This document shows, in pieces, positions 48,901 through 62,633 of a stretch of 64,000 bases of DNA (position 1 is the first letter of the stretch; every line of letters starts with the position of its first letter). Origin of the DNA: Octopus bimaculoides (taxonomy: Eukaryota); assembly GCF_001194135.2 (NCBI RefSeq), contig NC_068986.1:52046176-52110175 (forward strand). Direction: 5' to 3'. The notes under the pieces are model-generated. The model was not told the origin of the DNA and ran no database searches. It was given only the letters and a program-made list of their open reading frames with translations. A program made the translations under genes and the position numbers.

Positions 48901-49379
48901 GCTATAGACACCTCTAACACAATACCGAAATCAGCATCAAAAGCACCATCTCCAACACCACAAACACCATCGATATTACATACTTCTCAACAAATAAAAA
49001 CACTTTGAATTCCTGACGAACATGAACCGCACTCCCAAGTCATCATGATTTTCACGGCCATAAACACAAACAAGAACTTAAGACATAATCAAAAATACAC
49101 AGAGACTACTTTCAATGAACACATTGAGACAAACGTTTTCAACGATCTGACAGGCACCGATTGGATTACCTGACTATGTTAGTGAGAGTATGGACGGACC
49201 GCATAGTGAGTGTCATGTGAGTTTCATCTAGAAACAGTAGTCAGTAGTCTAGTACATAAGGATAGCATAATTTTTCACGTTCTAATATCGTCGGATACAC
49301 ATACACCATGAATTTGTGATTTGCACGGTCGACCTAAATATGTCTCCGTGGCAAGGATCTGGCTACTTCAAGATGAACA

Positions 49380-50500
49380 TGTCACTCACGGCGTGCCAAG
49401 CTTACAGAGACCGGTTTACCGAAATAGTGAAGCAGGGGTTGAAGGGATAAATCCCTCAATAACAAATGGAGGTTTGCCATGAAAAGGGCAATTAGAGTAG
49501 AATCCATTAGATTTAGTAAGGCATTAGAGGTAGAAAGGTATAGAATAGAAAAAAAATTAGACACTTTGAAGTGACGCTTAGCAAAGGTGTCGTAACCAAC
49601 GTACTCGCAGTGAGAATGGACAACGAATACATTGTCACAGATAAGGCATGACACTCAGAAATAGGGGAAAAAGAAACGCTCGACAGGCCCCTGGGTATAA
49701 GAGATGCTACGTGTCAAGAAAGCCACAATTCAGTCTTTAGCGGACCAACATGTGCACTCGGTACTCCAGTTCGAACAAATGTTTGCAGCATTTCAGCGAC
49801 ACTTCGCTCAACTCTTTAGGACAAATAGCAGCTCGGAACGCAGGATGGACTTCAGTGCCTACCTTGACGGCATACCGCAACTCTCAGCAAGAGAGGGACA
49901 CCGTTGCAAAGGGGCAAAATCAGCCGCAGAAATACAGGATGCAAGGATAAGCTGCAGTTGGGAAACAAATCGCCTGGTTTGGAAGGTTTGCACTTCGAAC
50001 TTTACCTTTATATCCCAGACTTCTTTTAGCCGCCTCTTAGCAGATATCTACCGCAACTGGCAGCAGAACGGGAGAGTTACTAATGCTGTGAGTCGAGGAG
50101 AGATAGTCCTGCTGAAAACAGATCCAAACGGGGGTGATAAAAAAAATCTAGACCCATAAGGCTGCTGAACGCAGATTTCAAAATTTTGGCCAAGCTGTTA
50201 GTAATGATGTTGGCGTTTGCCGTCAGCGAACTGATTGGCGCTAACCCAAGCAGATGTGTCCACAGCAACTTCCATATCACGCGAAACATCATAGACAAGA
50301 TGGATAAAGAAGCTGGCTTGGATGGGATCCTGATGAAAATGGGTCAATATGAAGCTTTCGATAGAATCAACCACCAATACTTGGCGACCGGTCTCACCGC
50401 GGGCAGTTTCAGTTTCGTTTTCGTGACAGGATTGCCGCAGTGTATAGCAACATCCGTCAGGTAGTTCAGGTGAATGGTTACTTATCGGAAACTTTCAGCA
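49380..50500 (+). pseudogene. L1/Tx1-like LINE ORF2 fragment (RT N-terminal region)
   Basis: PGLEGLHFELY, RGEIVLLK, RPIRLLNADFKILAK and EAFDRINHQYL are conserved L1/Tx1 RT motifs. Frameshifted. Confidence 0.85.
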
Positions 50501-50526
50501 TAATATATATGTGTGTGTAAGTGTAG

Positions 50527-50561
<35 letters not shown>

Positions 50562-51179
50562 CACACACATATACACACACATATATACTCACATATACAT
50601 AGACATATACATATACATATACATACATATATATATATTATTGTAAAATCTGGTAATTAGTCATATATTAATTAATATCGACTAATTATCAGTAGGCCAG
50701 CACATCTAGAGAATCAAAGATATTCAGAAATATTATCTGCAATCTCTGGGGATTAAGGTACATTTTAAAAAATAACGTCGACCACTAACGTGGACAACTG
50801 ATGCGCTAGAAGTAGATCACATCTTGTGTCTATTAAAACCTAAATTGTTCTCAACATGAAATATAGCAGCATACGAAAAACGTGAGCGGGCAAGACATTT
50901 AAAATCACCTAAACAAGCATTATTAAACAGGAACTAGTTTCGGATTTAACAAATTCTTACCATTTGTCTATTCCTCATATATATNNNNNNNNNNNNNNNN
51001 NNNNNNNNNNNNNNNNNNNNNNNNNNNNNNNNNNNNNNNNNNNNNNNNNNNNNNNNNNNNNNNNNNNNNNNNNNNNNNNNNNNNNNNNNNNNNNNNNNNN
51101 NNNNNNNNNNNNNNNNNNNNNNNNNNNNNNNNNNNNNNNNNNNNNNNNNNNNNNNNNNNNNNNNNNNNNNNNNNNNNNN

Positions 51180-51217
<38 letters not shown>

Positions 51218-52212
51218 AACGGCTTAAATTTCGACAACGAATAATTACTAAATAGCATATAAGATAATTTCTTCCTCAATCCACATCATCGCTCCGAGAG
51301 AATGCAAAGAATCACCGAGCAGTAATTGAGGTTGACTGTACATAAAAGTAGGCAAATAATATGAGGAAATCAACACTTTTCTAGAATTATTCTGCCAATA
51401 ACTAAAAGGTACACTCTTTCTCTGGCGACAATATTTCCAGCGAGACAAGCTTTTAGTAAACCCAATCCCCACTCGTTGCTATTGCGTAGCCCTATAGTAG
51501 CTGACATAGTAACTTCTACAAATGGCTTGTTGATCCGTCGTAACTACAAATATGTTGTTCCAAATGTATAATGCTTCTGGCTACTTGTGCTTCTTAAGAA
51601 GTTCTGGTAAAACCTCTAGAGGAGGAGAAGAGAAAGCTGAAGTTAATCCGAGAACAGCCGCTGTGCCACTACATTTATTATTGATAATACAAACCGATGT
51701 ACTGAATTTCAGAGCGGTTGAGATTATTTATGTCGCTTCTATTTCCGTAATTTCGTATGTTTTAACGTCATGGTTTATTTGCTGATGTATTTCAACAAGT
51801 TGTTATATCTACATTTCACAGTTTGATATTAAGGAACTGGATTTGGAATTTTTCCATCTAGTTTTAACAAGTTTACATGTTTTTGTATTGTCACCGAGCA
51901 GTTTGATATAGTAGACATCTATGATACTTGTACATTCAAAATATCTTGAAGAAACATGCACATGTAATACTCCTTTATCTTGCTATTCGTTTATCCTACA
52001 TTTTTTTTTATTAATCTAGTGGATAACTTGAGAGTATTTTCGTTGCTACTTCTAGCTGGTCAGAGGCTATGGCATTGGCTCGATGTCTTGACGAGAAGTG
52101 GCTATGTTTAGGGAAAGAGAGTGAATACGATCATAGCGTGGCAGTTGTCTCTTCGCGACTTGTTTTAGAGGTGTGCATCTGAGTACATCTTGAAGGTGGT
52201 GGTGGTGGTTGT

Positions 52213-52513
52213 GGAGCTGGCCTCAGTAGTGGTTAGGATATTAGGCTTACGATCGTCATGGATTCGATTCCTGGCGGCGCGTTGTTTCTTTGAGTAAAAC
52301 ACTTTATTTCACGTTGCTCCAATCCACTCAGCAGCCAAAAAATAAGTTGTAACAGTAATTCGAAGGGCCAGCCTTGTCACATTCTGTATCATGATGAATC
52401 GCCCTGAGAACTACGTTAAGATTATGCGTGTCTCCAGAGTGCTCAACCATTTGTACGTTAATTTCACGAGCAGATCAACTGGAACACTTATCGTTGCAAC
52501 CGACGGCGTACCA
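52213..52513 (+). mobile_element. tRNA-derived SINE family 3
   Basis: tRNA-like head ggcctcagtagtggttagg..GGATTCGATTCC, then ttgagtaaaacactttatttcacgttgctcca.tccactcagc and a distinct tail. Confidence 0.7.
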
Positions 52514-53927
52514 GTAAAGCAGTGGTGATGATGTTCTTGTTACCGTTGTGGCAGTACTTGAGTAGTGATGCAATTGAGGCTGCATCAAACATTATTTTTT
52601 AACAATTCAAAAATGGAATGTTTTTGCTGTGAAGAAATGCCGCTTAGCATTGTATACTTCACACTCTGAAAAAGACTAAGGCTAGCGTCCGAAAATTTAG
52701 TATTTTCCTTTTTTCCACCATAAACAAACTGATTTGACTTTTGATTTGTTTATGCTCTGTTATTGCCGAACCAAACTAAGTTCGTCGTAATTCTATTGTC
52801 TAACTCATTATTTTTAAACTATGTATTAAATTGTTTTGATACATAGTTGGGAAACAAATTGATATATTGAAATTAGAGCTTATGGTTGAAAGTTTATTAC
52901 ACACAGTCGATCTCTTGTAACCTTTTAGATTCTAGATGTGAGATTCAAAACTATGAGATGTTTGATTGTCACAACTCTCAAGATTAATACATAACCTGAA
53001 GCGACAGAGAGGTCATTAACTTGCAGGTCAAGTTAATATTTGTTTATTTCCTTTTATATATCTATCTATCATTTGTGTATATCAGTTATATATTTATCAT
53101 TTATATATTTATCTGTTGCCAACATTTTCTACACTGAGATTGGCTTTCTACAGAGGTTTCTGGAGATTGATTATATATGATTGGCTTTTGTCAGGCTCGT
53201 TTCTCCTATAGCTTTTCTCTGTGGTAGTGCTCAGGACAAGATTGCCATGACTAAGAGCTGACACTTTCATCTTTGATTAAGCTTTAATCAAATTCTTGAA
53301 ATTCCACTTTTTAAGAAATCAAGAGCATAAAGGAATGTGCTGTCTTCCAGTAAATTTACTGAAAGGTGGCTAGATGGGCGAGGATGGTGTACGTGAAACC
53401 ACGTGAAGGGTATAGTCTTAGCATATTACTAAAGACCGGAGAACACGACTGAAAAACGGCACTTACTCTTATTATTGAGGGTAAACTTGGATCTATTAAG
53501 TTTGTGTCATTGGTCCAACGTGATTGTCTCCCCTGTCATGGATTCCCGTTTCATTCTTTTGTATACTGTCGATCTTCATTCATGCCTGTGTTTTCATAAC
53601 CGATTCTGCGTAAACTCCCACCATTTTATTTTCCTTAGTAATGCCACCACAGTGGTCCTGTTGACAAATAAAGAATGACTATTATCATTATCATTGCTAT
53701 TGTAACATCGTCATCATATTTATTACATTCAGTTCGATTATGTTTATCATTTTGAAAATATAATCTAAAAACATTTAGAAACGTACAGCACATCAAACGA
53801 ATGAGATAAATTGCATTAGAACGGATATATTGACAACTAATCTTTGTATAGTTTAGAACAGTATCTCAGCGGGGAAAGCGGAGAGGAGGGGGTAAAGAAT
53901 AGATGGAAAATACATTTGGAGAGAGAG

Positions 53928-53972
<45 letters not shown>

Positions 53973-54496
53973 NNNNNNNNNNNNNNNNNNNNNNNNNNNN
54001 NNNNNNNNNNNNNNNNNNNNNNNNNNNNNNNNNNNNNNNNNNNNNNNNNNNNNNNNNNNNNNNNNNNNNNNNNNNNNNNNNNNNNNNNNNNNNNNNNNNN
54101 NNNNNNNNNNNNNNNNNNNNNNNNNNNNNNNNNNNNNNNNNNNNNNNNNNNNNNNNNNNNNNNNNNNNNNNNNNNNNNNNNNNNNNNNNNNNNNNNNNNN
54201 NNNNNNNNNNNNNNNNNNNNNNNNNNNNNNNNNNNNNNNNNNNNNNNNNNNNNNNNNNNNNNNNNNNNNNNNNNNNNNNNNNNNNNNNNNNNNNNNNNNN
54301 NNNNNNNNNNNNNNNNNNNNNNNNNNNNNNNNNNNNNNNNNNNNNNNNNNNNNNNNNNNNNNNNNNNNNNNNNNNNNNNNNNNNNNNNNNNNNNNNNNNN
54401 NNNNNNNNNNNNNNNNNNNNNNNNNNNNNNNNNNNNNNNNNNNNNNNNNNNNNNNNNNNNNNNNNNNNNNNNNNNNNNNNNNNNNNNNNNNNNNNN

Positions 54497-54535
<39 letters not shown>

Positions 54536-54764
54536 GACTGCTGAACTCAACATATTTTCCCTCTCTCCGTATTTTTTAAATTCTATCTCCGTTTTTTTCC
54601 CTCTTAATCCGATCTGTCGAAGAGCATAGGCTTGAATCATAAACGACATTTTCATTCTTCTCGAGCGTTAAACTAATACATCTATTTGTTGCTTATTCAC
54701 CTGTCTTCGTGTTTAGTTTTATGTAAATTTGAGCAATATATGTGTGTGATTGTGTATGCGTGTG

Positions 54765-54988
54765 TTTTATCTTTTACATCTTACTTGTTTCCGTCATTAG
54801 ACAGTGGCCATGCTGGAACACCGCCTTCAAGAACTTTTAGTCGAATGAATCGAGCCCTGTACCTATTTTTTTTGTTAAACCTTGTATATAGTATATTGTC
54901 CTCTTTTGCCGAACCTCTAAGTTACAGGGACATAAACACTCCAACAAGGGCTGTTAACTGATAGTGGGGGGGCAACCACAAACACAAA

Positions 54989-55028
<40 letters not shown>

Positions 55029-55291
55029 NNNNNNNNNNNNNNNNNNNNNNNNNNNNNNNNNNNNNNNNNNNNNNNNNNNNNNNNNNNNNNNNNNNNNNNN
55101 NNNNNNNNNNNNNNNNNNNNNNNNNNNNNNNNNNNNTACATATACACGACAGGCGTCTTTCACTTTCCGTCTCGCAAAAGCACTCAAAAACATTTTGTCG
55201 GTCCGAGGCTGTAGTAGAAGATACTAGGTCAAGGTGTCAACCAGAAACGATATGATTGCTAAGCAAGCCTTTTACCACACAGCCATGCCTG
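54765..55291 (-). mobile_element. SINE family 1 with internal (CA)n and a gap
   Basis: cttacttgtttccgtca..gccatgctggaacaccgccttc..tttccgtc..gtcggtccgaggctgtagtagaagatac..ttaccacacagccatgcctg. Confidence 0.85.
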
Positions 55292-55449
55292 TATGTATGT
55301 GTGTGTGTGTGTGTGTGTATATATGTGTGTGTGTGTGCATTTATCTTTATCTTTTTCTTGTTTCTTGCTGGGGCAGTACTTATTTTTATAATGATATTAT
55401 TTTGTGGAATGCAATTTCTAGTTTGTGGAATTGCGGATGAACCCAAATG

Positions 55450-56520
55450 ATATTTCTGTTTGGATCTCCCTTCTCGCTGTGAGAAGTTATCCGTAAGTCA
55501 GAAATAGGAATGTATTTTTCCTTGGTTATGACATTTTTATTGTCTTTAATGTCTTTGATTGCAGAGGAATACTTACAGTTCTTCCATTCACCTCTCTCAT
55601 CTTGCTGAGTCTGTTTCTATTGCACACATACGTCTTGCTATATTAAATGGAATTTCATTTGTCAGAGATGGATGGTATGATTTGAAGTCTAAGTACTAAT
55701 GTATCTCAGTTTCTACATAGAATAGATCAGTTGTAATAATCTTGTTTTCTAATATTATAACGATGTCTAAAACTACAAGTGTTCTTTCGTTCATTTCTAT
55801 TGTGATTTTCATTGTTTCTTGAATGTTATTGATCAATTTTTAAAATCTTCTAAGATTTGTATTTCTGTTCCAAAATATAAAACAATTATCGTGAAATATT
55901 TTCCAAATTTCTTTTAAATACGTTTTGAAGCTCTGAACAAAAATAACTCAATATTATATTGGACAGATATTTTTTCTTCTCAGAAATCTATCACAAATAA
56001 TACAAAAATGAGTACCTATAGCCGTATCTATTATTTAAGGCAATAATAGTTGTGAAAAAGAAGTAGTTGTTTTCTAGTACAAATTGCAATCCTGCTAAAA
56101 TGAGTTCTTTTGAGAGCCTCTCCAGAATTCCATCGCCTGCAGTCCCAATTCATGTATCTGTGCGGATATTAGTGTAAAGGCTTGTCACATTAAAACTGAC
56201 CTGGATCTTTATATTTACTCGTTTTAGGATGTCGTATTAATAGTTCATGACATCTCTGATGAAACTAGAAACAATGTTACACTATAGTTTCAAAAGGATA
56301 TCCAGTAGATTGTTTAATTCTTGAGTGTTTGATATGGGCCTGGCAGCAATTGGGTGAACTGTTTTGAATAAGATGATTTGGGATTGCTTACAATATAATA
56401 TATTATGGAGTTGTAATTTTTTATGGTTTCTCTAAAATTGTGAAATTATCGATAACCCATAAAGGTTGCTTGTTTTTACATGAAACAAATACAAATGTAT
56501 TTCCGTTACCCACTCAGTGA
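55450..56520 (-). pseudogene. Penelope-like reverse transcriptase relic
   Basis: QVSFNVTSLYTNI (56160-56200), LQFVLENNYFFF (56050-56090), and TDLFY..YLDFKSYHP..EIPFNIARR (55600-55740). Confidence 0.85.
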
Positions 56521-56559
56521 ATTTGAAAGAAACTTGTGAAAACTACTGATCACTTCATG

Positions 56560-57394
56560 AGAAAATAAATTTTAACGACCACTATTGGGTTGCGTGTGGA
56601 CGCTTAAAGATTTTGCTCTGCTCCCCGGCCAATAGATTGTAGATACTAAATGCCATATTTTTGTGTGCTTGGTATAGCAAAGATAAGGAGAATTAGGACG
56701 AAAAAGACATATTTTAAACTCGAATTGAAAACAAAAGCATCGCTTCAGAACAAGTGATTCATACAATGTATTGTTACCTCCTTTTGATAAACCGTGTGCA
56801 AGAGTATGTTAAGGGTTTTGACAAAAATAAAAATTCTTCCAAGCATCTACAAAGCAATTTAAACAAGAAATATTTTAAAAAGGCAGTTTCTTAGAGCCAC
56901 AATTAAGAAATCTGGCATCCATGACCGTATGTGAGTTTGAGCCATGGATTTCATTCAAAAGTATCTTATATAACTTTCTTGGAAAACACAAAGACCCTAC
57001 GCCGATATAAGATGTAATATGGTATTGAAAATACATTTTGACGCCCATTTGACTTACGCTTCTCGAAATCTCAGTTATTTTTGTGATATACAAAGTGAAA
57101 AATCCCATCAAGAGAGCAAATAAATGGGGAAAAGACCGATAACTGCAACACCACAATGATGTCTAACTGCTGTTGGTCATTAAGAAGTGAAACGCAGTAG
57201 AAAGACAACCGTGACTGTATATGTTTTGTGTAATGTTTCAATGTTGATAACATTTCCACTTTGTCTCTTGTAAATAACGATGTTCTTCAATATCTCGAAA
57301 CGTTGATGTGAGACGTACCTATTTGCAAGGAATGACTCTTAGAAAACTCCAAATATACATTGGAAGAAAAAATTATTCGTATAACAAAGCAGTG
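56560..57394 (+). mobile_element. Chapaev3-like (CMC superfamily) transposase relic with 3' terminus
   Basis: Pieces HYWVACGRLK, PGQ*IVDTKC..FLCAW.SK, FLEPQLRNL, LKIHFDAHL, and ..EKSHQE..MSNCCWSL match the ICGDLK, GQQ.GYTK.CFLC.W, F.GPQIR, KIHFL.SHL and GERFHQD..ADYCW blocks. It ends ..GCAGTG (CAC-type terminus). Family assignment is from motif memory. Confidence 0.6.
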
Positions 57395-58546
57395 TGATTT
57401 AACTGAACAAGGTAACATTTTTTTAAATTCAGGGAACCAAGAGAATATATATATATAATTATCGGTGCCTTGTTGTANNNNNNNNNNNNNNNNNNNNNNN
57501 NNNNNNNNNNNNNNNNNNNNNNNNNNNNNNNNNNNNNNNNNNNNNNNNNNNNNNNNNNNNNNNNNNNNNNNNNNNNNNNNNNNNNNNNNNNNNNNNNNNN
57601 NNNNNNNNNNNNNNNNNNNNNNNNNNNNNNNNNNNNNNNNNNNNNNNNNNNNNNNNNNNNNNNNNNNNNNNNNNNNNNNNNNNNNNNNNNNNNNNNNNNN
57701 NNNNNNNNNNNNTATATATATATATATATATATGTATAACCAATATAATTTGTTCTGCAAATTATATTGACTTTAGAACGATTGTGCTGACGAACCACAG
57801 ATGATTTTACATAAGTAAAAGATTTGATGGGGAAACCGGTACACAATTAATTCTTTACTTTTTATATATTTTTCATTTTGTCCTGCCCGCCTAAGCTCTG
57901 GTATTTTTGCTGACTTTTTTCTGGAGAGTATGATTTTTCTTTTGTGGTTGGGTCGTTGATGACCTCTTTCAAGCATATTGGATGTCCACCTAGTGGTCAT
58001 CCCTTCTTATGCGCATGTAATACAATTTTTCTGAATTATCAGATTTTTTATATGCTAGACCACTGGTTTTAAATTGAAATTAATATTCAATTTATCACCC
58101 TTGGTATATATATATATTTGTGTGAGATGATTTCAGAAGTGGTGATGTTGCAAGGATTCAAGGAAGCAATTGACACATTTTCACTTTTAATAAAATGTTT
58201 GAGTTTTAACCAACATCATGATGAAGAAAATAGAATTATATGGACGCATATAAACACGCGACATGAAAAAGTGGGCTCGAGTCAAACGCGTACAGAAAAC
58301 ACATTTTTTTTCCGTGGAGGGCTTATATGCCCCAATATTAGACTATTTTCTTTAGTCAATACACAGTGATTGCTTATAAGCTTTCAGCTTATAAAATATC
58401 ATCCTTATTTATATATATATATTTAAATGGAAAGCATCTTTCTTCTGCTCCTACATGATTACTCACTTTTGTCAAGGACCCGACTTTCATTCTAAGACAT
58501 TATGCATAAAGATACTTCATGTTACCTCGAATTTCTTTTAAAATGG

Positions 58547-58547
<1 letters not shown>

Positions 58548-58594
<47 letters not shown>

Positions 58595-58689
58595 CATCAT
58601 CATCATCATCACCATCTTCTTCTTCTTCTTCTTCTTCTTCTTCTTCTTCTTCTTCTTCTTCTTCTTCTTCTTCTTCTTCTTCTTCTTCT
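58548..58689. repeat. compound microsatellite (AAT)n(CAT)n(CTT)n
   Basis: Read directly from the sequence. Confidence 0.97.
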
Positions 58690-61422
58690 AACATGATAAA
58701 AATACCATACAGCGCAGATTTAAAAGTATTTGTAACGCATCAGTAGAAAAATAGATAGCATATGTTTTGAAGAATGGAATAGCCACAGATGGCGAAGGGT
58801 AACAGGAATATGCATGTTCTGTTCTGTTACCTTTTTTGCAAGGCGTTCATTGCCTAGTACCCTTCATTTTCTCTCACCCGTTTAATATTACTGCCTATTG
58901 GAAGCAACGGTGGCAGTGAACATTACATAGATGGCTATCATCTAGTTTTTCTCCTTATGGTAGGCCTCTCCTTGGGGTGAGGCAGTAAGGGGCCAAGGAG
59001 GAAATCGACATATTTTCACTTTTAATAAAATGCTTAAATTTTTTCCAGCACCTTGGTAAAGAAAGAATTATATGGACGCAAACTCTTTATTGTCTTCTCA
59101 TAAATAAGGAATCGTACACTCGTGAGCCGAATACCCCTAAGCCATGCGACTTCACTTACAAGTAGATGTAGATATATATTTATAATAAGACGCATTGTGG
59201 GAAGAATAATGGGGTGCAGGGGAAAATTAGAAAATTAGTTGCAGTTTTTAGTTAAAACACGTTAATATTCAGTAAACATATTTTCATTATTTTGAAATAA
59301 TAATTCAAACCTAATTCATTTCATTATAATTTGATTTATCAAATTTTAATTTTTGTAACTATTCTTTACTCGATCTAGTCGACTAATGTTAAACGCATTC
59401 CAGATTAAAATATCACCTCTTTTCTAAGAGTATGTGGGACTACATTATCTAATATGTCCTGTACTTCTATAAGATAGAAGGTAATTTGGCTGCTAATTCA
59501 GAGAAGTCGAGTGAGATTGATGTTATTATTTTTGCTTTATAGCTGCAGTCAGCCCAGTGTGAATAGACTTGCAATTACAGACGATCTAACTGTCTCCTAC
59601 ACCCGTCCTTTAACCCAGCTGTAGTGTCTCTAGAACTATCTGGAATTATATTATCGAATGTACTCTTCCCTTTTCAGAGAGGCATCTTACAGAGAAGACG
59701 CTTAAACAGGTGCCAAATGTATTTTAAATTACATTCTGCCGTCTTAAAATTAGACAGTACTCATAGACATATAAAAGAAAAAAGTAAGGATATTCATAGC
59801 CCACTTGTTTCCCTTAGGTATATTTAATCATGTTATATTTAACAAGTCTAAGCCCTACGTATAAACCTTCCATGTTAGCTTAATTAAATATATATTCAAT
59901 AATGAAGACCAGCATAAAGAAAATTTTGTCTTTCACGAAAAAACAAAAAAAAAACAAAAAAAAAACGGTAGACCATCAATGACGTGACGATTCAATTCGA
60001 AATACTTCCTGGCAGATTCAAACTGGAATTTCTGATCATTATTCTTTCTTGTCGTCGGAAAACACCTCTTTCATTTAGACAATGTACGTTCATAACACAC
60101 AATTCACAGGGGTAAGGAAACTTTCCTACCCTATTTTCTAAACCATCAATGTTACTTCTGTTTATTCCTTTTTTTACTATTATGTATATGCTGGAGACTA
60201 TTGAAATCCATTGCAGTTAAAATTCGTCAAATATTCATTCTGGAAATTTTAACTGCAATTCTATTTGCTTATTTAAATGACAAATTTATCGCATTCTTTC
60301 TAAACACCATCTTTAAGAATATTTGCCAAAAATTATTATTCAATCCAGATTTCTAATAAAGTATTTATTAATAATATTTTTGAAAAGCATTCTCCTTGAT
60401 TAATAAATAAGATATTTGAAAATATTTAGAAAATATTTTCAAATAAATTATTTATTTAATTATTTGTTTCCATTTCTACAAATTGTTTTCACACAATTAG
60501 TTTCTTTTAGTTTTAGTAGTAGTTTTATGAATCTAACTACTACTAAACAATTTTATTTTCTGGAGTCTGAGATTTATCGCTTTTCACTCAGACGTCTAAC
60601 TTTTGTTATTGTTTAACAGCAGATCAGCTCTAACAGAGGACATCTCTGATTAAAAGTATTCCTATCAAGACTTATCTGGGTATGTATGTGGGGGGTGGGG
60701 TGGACACAATATATCAAAGACAGTTTTCTCGAAGTTTTCATTCAGTTTTTAGGATATAAGCGAACTCTGACATATATTCCCCATCTTGTAGTAGTAGTAG
60801 TAGTATCTCTAATAATATCTCTAAATTGTTCGTGTTAATTTGCGTTGCACCAAGACTTTATCTTACTATAAAGATTATAATGTAAACTGTATATCTTAAA
60901 ATATCTAGTCCAAATTTTTTTGGTTTTTGTTATCTTTTGTGCTATGGCTATAAAGGCAATAGAGATTTATTTCATGGATATTACACATGTGGTTAAGTGA
61001 TATTAACGATTTTATCCTGGATTTTAATGAGTGAATTGAATTAATGAAATAGAATTTGGTTATAATTAGAATGAAAATTTGGTCAGAGATCCAATTTGTC
61101 CAACACGGATTATTGCAACGTGTCAACGTTCAGCTAAAATCTAACAATACTTAAGAAGTTGCTACTAAGAGAAATGATAATGCCAATCTGTGATTTAGAC
61201 GCCGTTGTTCTGCAATAATTCGCACATTAATATACAACCAGAATAGTCAAATTCAATGAAAGATAATGACACCACTGTTGAAGGAGAGATACTACAAAAC
61301 TACTGATAACTGAATAACTCTGTACTCTACACGTAACAAGTGTGGGGAGTTTGAATATGTTTGAATCAAGTGTCAGGCAACCTTATAGAAGTGAGCCGTT
61401 TGTTGGAAATGCAGGAGTAGTT

Positions 61423-61565
61423 GACAGGCGTAACTGTGTAGTAAGAGGCTTGCTTCCCAATGAAACAGCTTCGGACACACTGTGTGTTATCTTGGGCAAG
61501 TGTTTTATTTCTACCGTAACCTCGGGCCGAACAAAGCCCTGTGAGTGTAAACTGAAAGAAATCCG

Positions 61566-61662
<97 letters not shown>

Positions 61663-61860
61663 CTGGTGTTTGTCTCCCAAAATCACTTGACAATCGGTGT
61701 TTGTTTGCAGCTCCGTAACCTAGCGGTTCAGCGAAAGAGGCTAAGAGAATAAGTACTAGACTTTAAAAAAATACTGGGGACGATTTGCTTGACTAAATCC
61801 CTTCACGGCGGTGCCCCTGCATGGCCGCAGTCCAGTAACTGAAACAAGCAAAAGATAAAA
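61423..61860 (+). mobile_element. SINE family 1 with long internal (TG)n
   Basis: gacaggcgtaactgtgtagtaag..cttgggcaagtg..cctcgggccga.caaagcc..aactgaaagaa..cacttgacaa..ggcggtgcc..catggccgcagt..actgaaacaag. Confidence 0.85.
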
Positions 61861-62229
61861 CATATCATTAAGCTTGTGTGTTTTAAATATCCTCTTCATG
61901 AATATATTTCATAATATTTGTTCGACCACAGCAGAAGATGTGTTGGTTGTGATGGTGGTGGGGCTCTATAGATCAAACACCCCAGAGAACTTCATAAAAA
62001 ATTCGGATATTAGGTTCCTGGACAATACTTATTTGCTCCGATGATAGACATCGGCGTATATATGTATGTATGATTGTATGTATGCAGGCATCCTTGCATG
62101 TATGTACACATGTATGTATGTAAGTGCATATATACATACACACACACACACACACAGAAGCACACACATATATATTATATTTATATATGAACCGTAGTTA
62201 CTTCACGTAGGCTACCTGTGTATTTGCAG

Positions 62230-62305
62230 ATAGACTGCGATTTGTCAAAGTAGAGGATACTCTCTCAAAGCACCAGGGGTTAAAACATGTGAAAGTCATG
62301 GACAG
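62230..62305 (+). CDS. candidate 76-nt internal coding exon of an unidentified gene
   Basis: Acceptor ctacctgtgtatttgcAG, branch-like TTCAC about 24 nt upstream, and donor CAG|GTGAGA. Only one frame is open (xRLRFVKVEDTLSKHQGLKHVKVMDx, phase 1 to phase 2). The sequence is non-repetitive. Confidence 0.4.
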
Positions 62306-62479
62306 GTGAGATTACTCACCTCTATTTCCGTTCAGGAGTGATGGACATAGATGTCTTGCCATATATATATATACATGTGTGTGTATGTGGTGGGGAGTAG
62401 TTTATACAATGTACTATTATCTCCATGTAAGAGAGAACTCATTACATATTTATACAAATGCACACGATGAATAACTTCG

Positions 62480-62633
62480 AGATATGTGGTACATGAAACC
62501 AGATATGTGGTACATGAAACCAGAATTGTTAGTGCTCTTAAGTTTTTCAGTCTGTTATAGATAGGAATTGATAGTAAAATTGTGGCTAATGTTTAACTTG
62601 TGGCTAATGTTTAAATTGTGGCTAATGTTTAAC
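62480..62633. repeat. two short tandem duplications: 21-bp x2 (62480-62521) and 18-bp x3 (62580-62633)
   Basis: AGATATGTGGTACATGAAACC x2 and TTGTGGCTAATGTTTAA(C/A) x3. Confidence 0.92.

Noticed and set aside
57773-58000. TRWTSNMLER as an hAT TRWNS motif
   Set aside because: The spacing differs from TRWNSxxxMLER and no other hAT motif is nearby.
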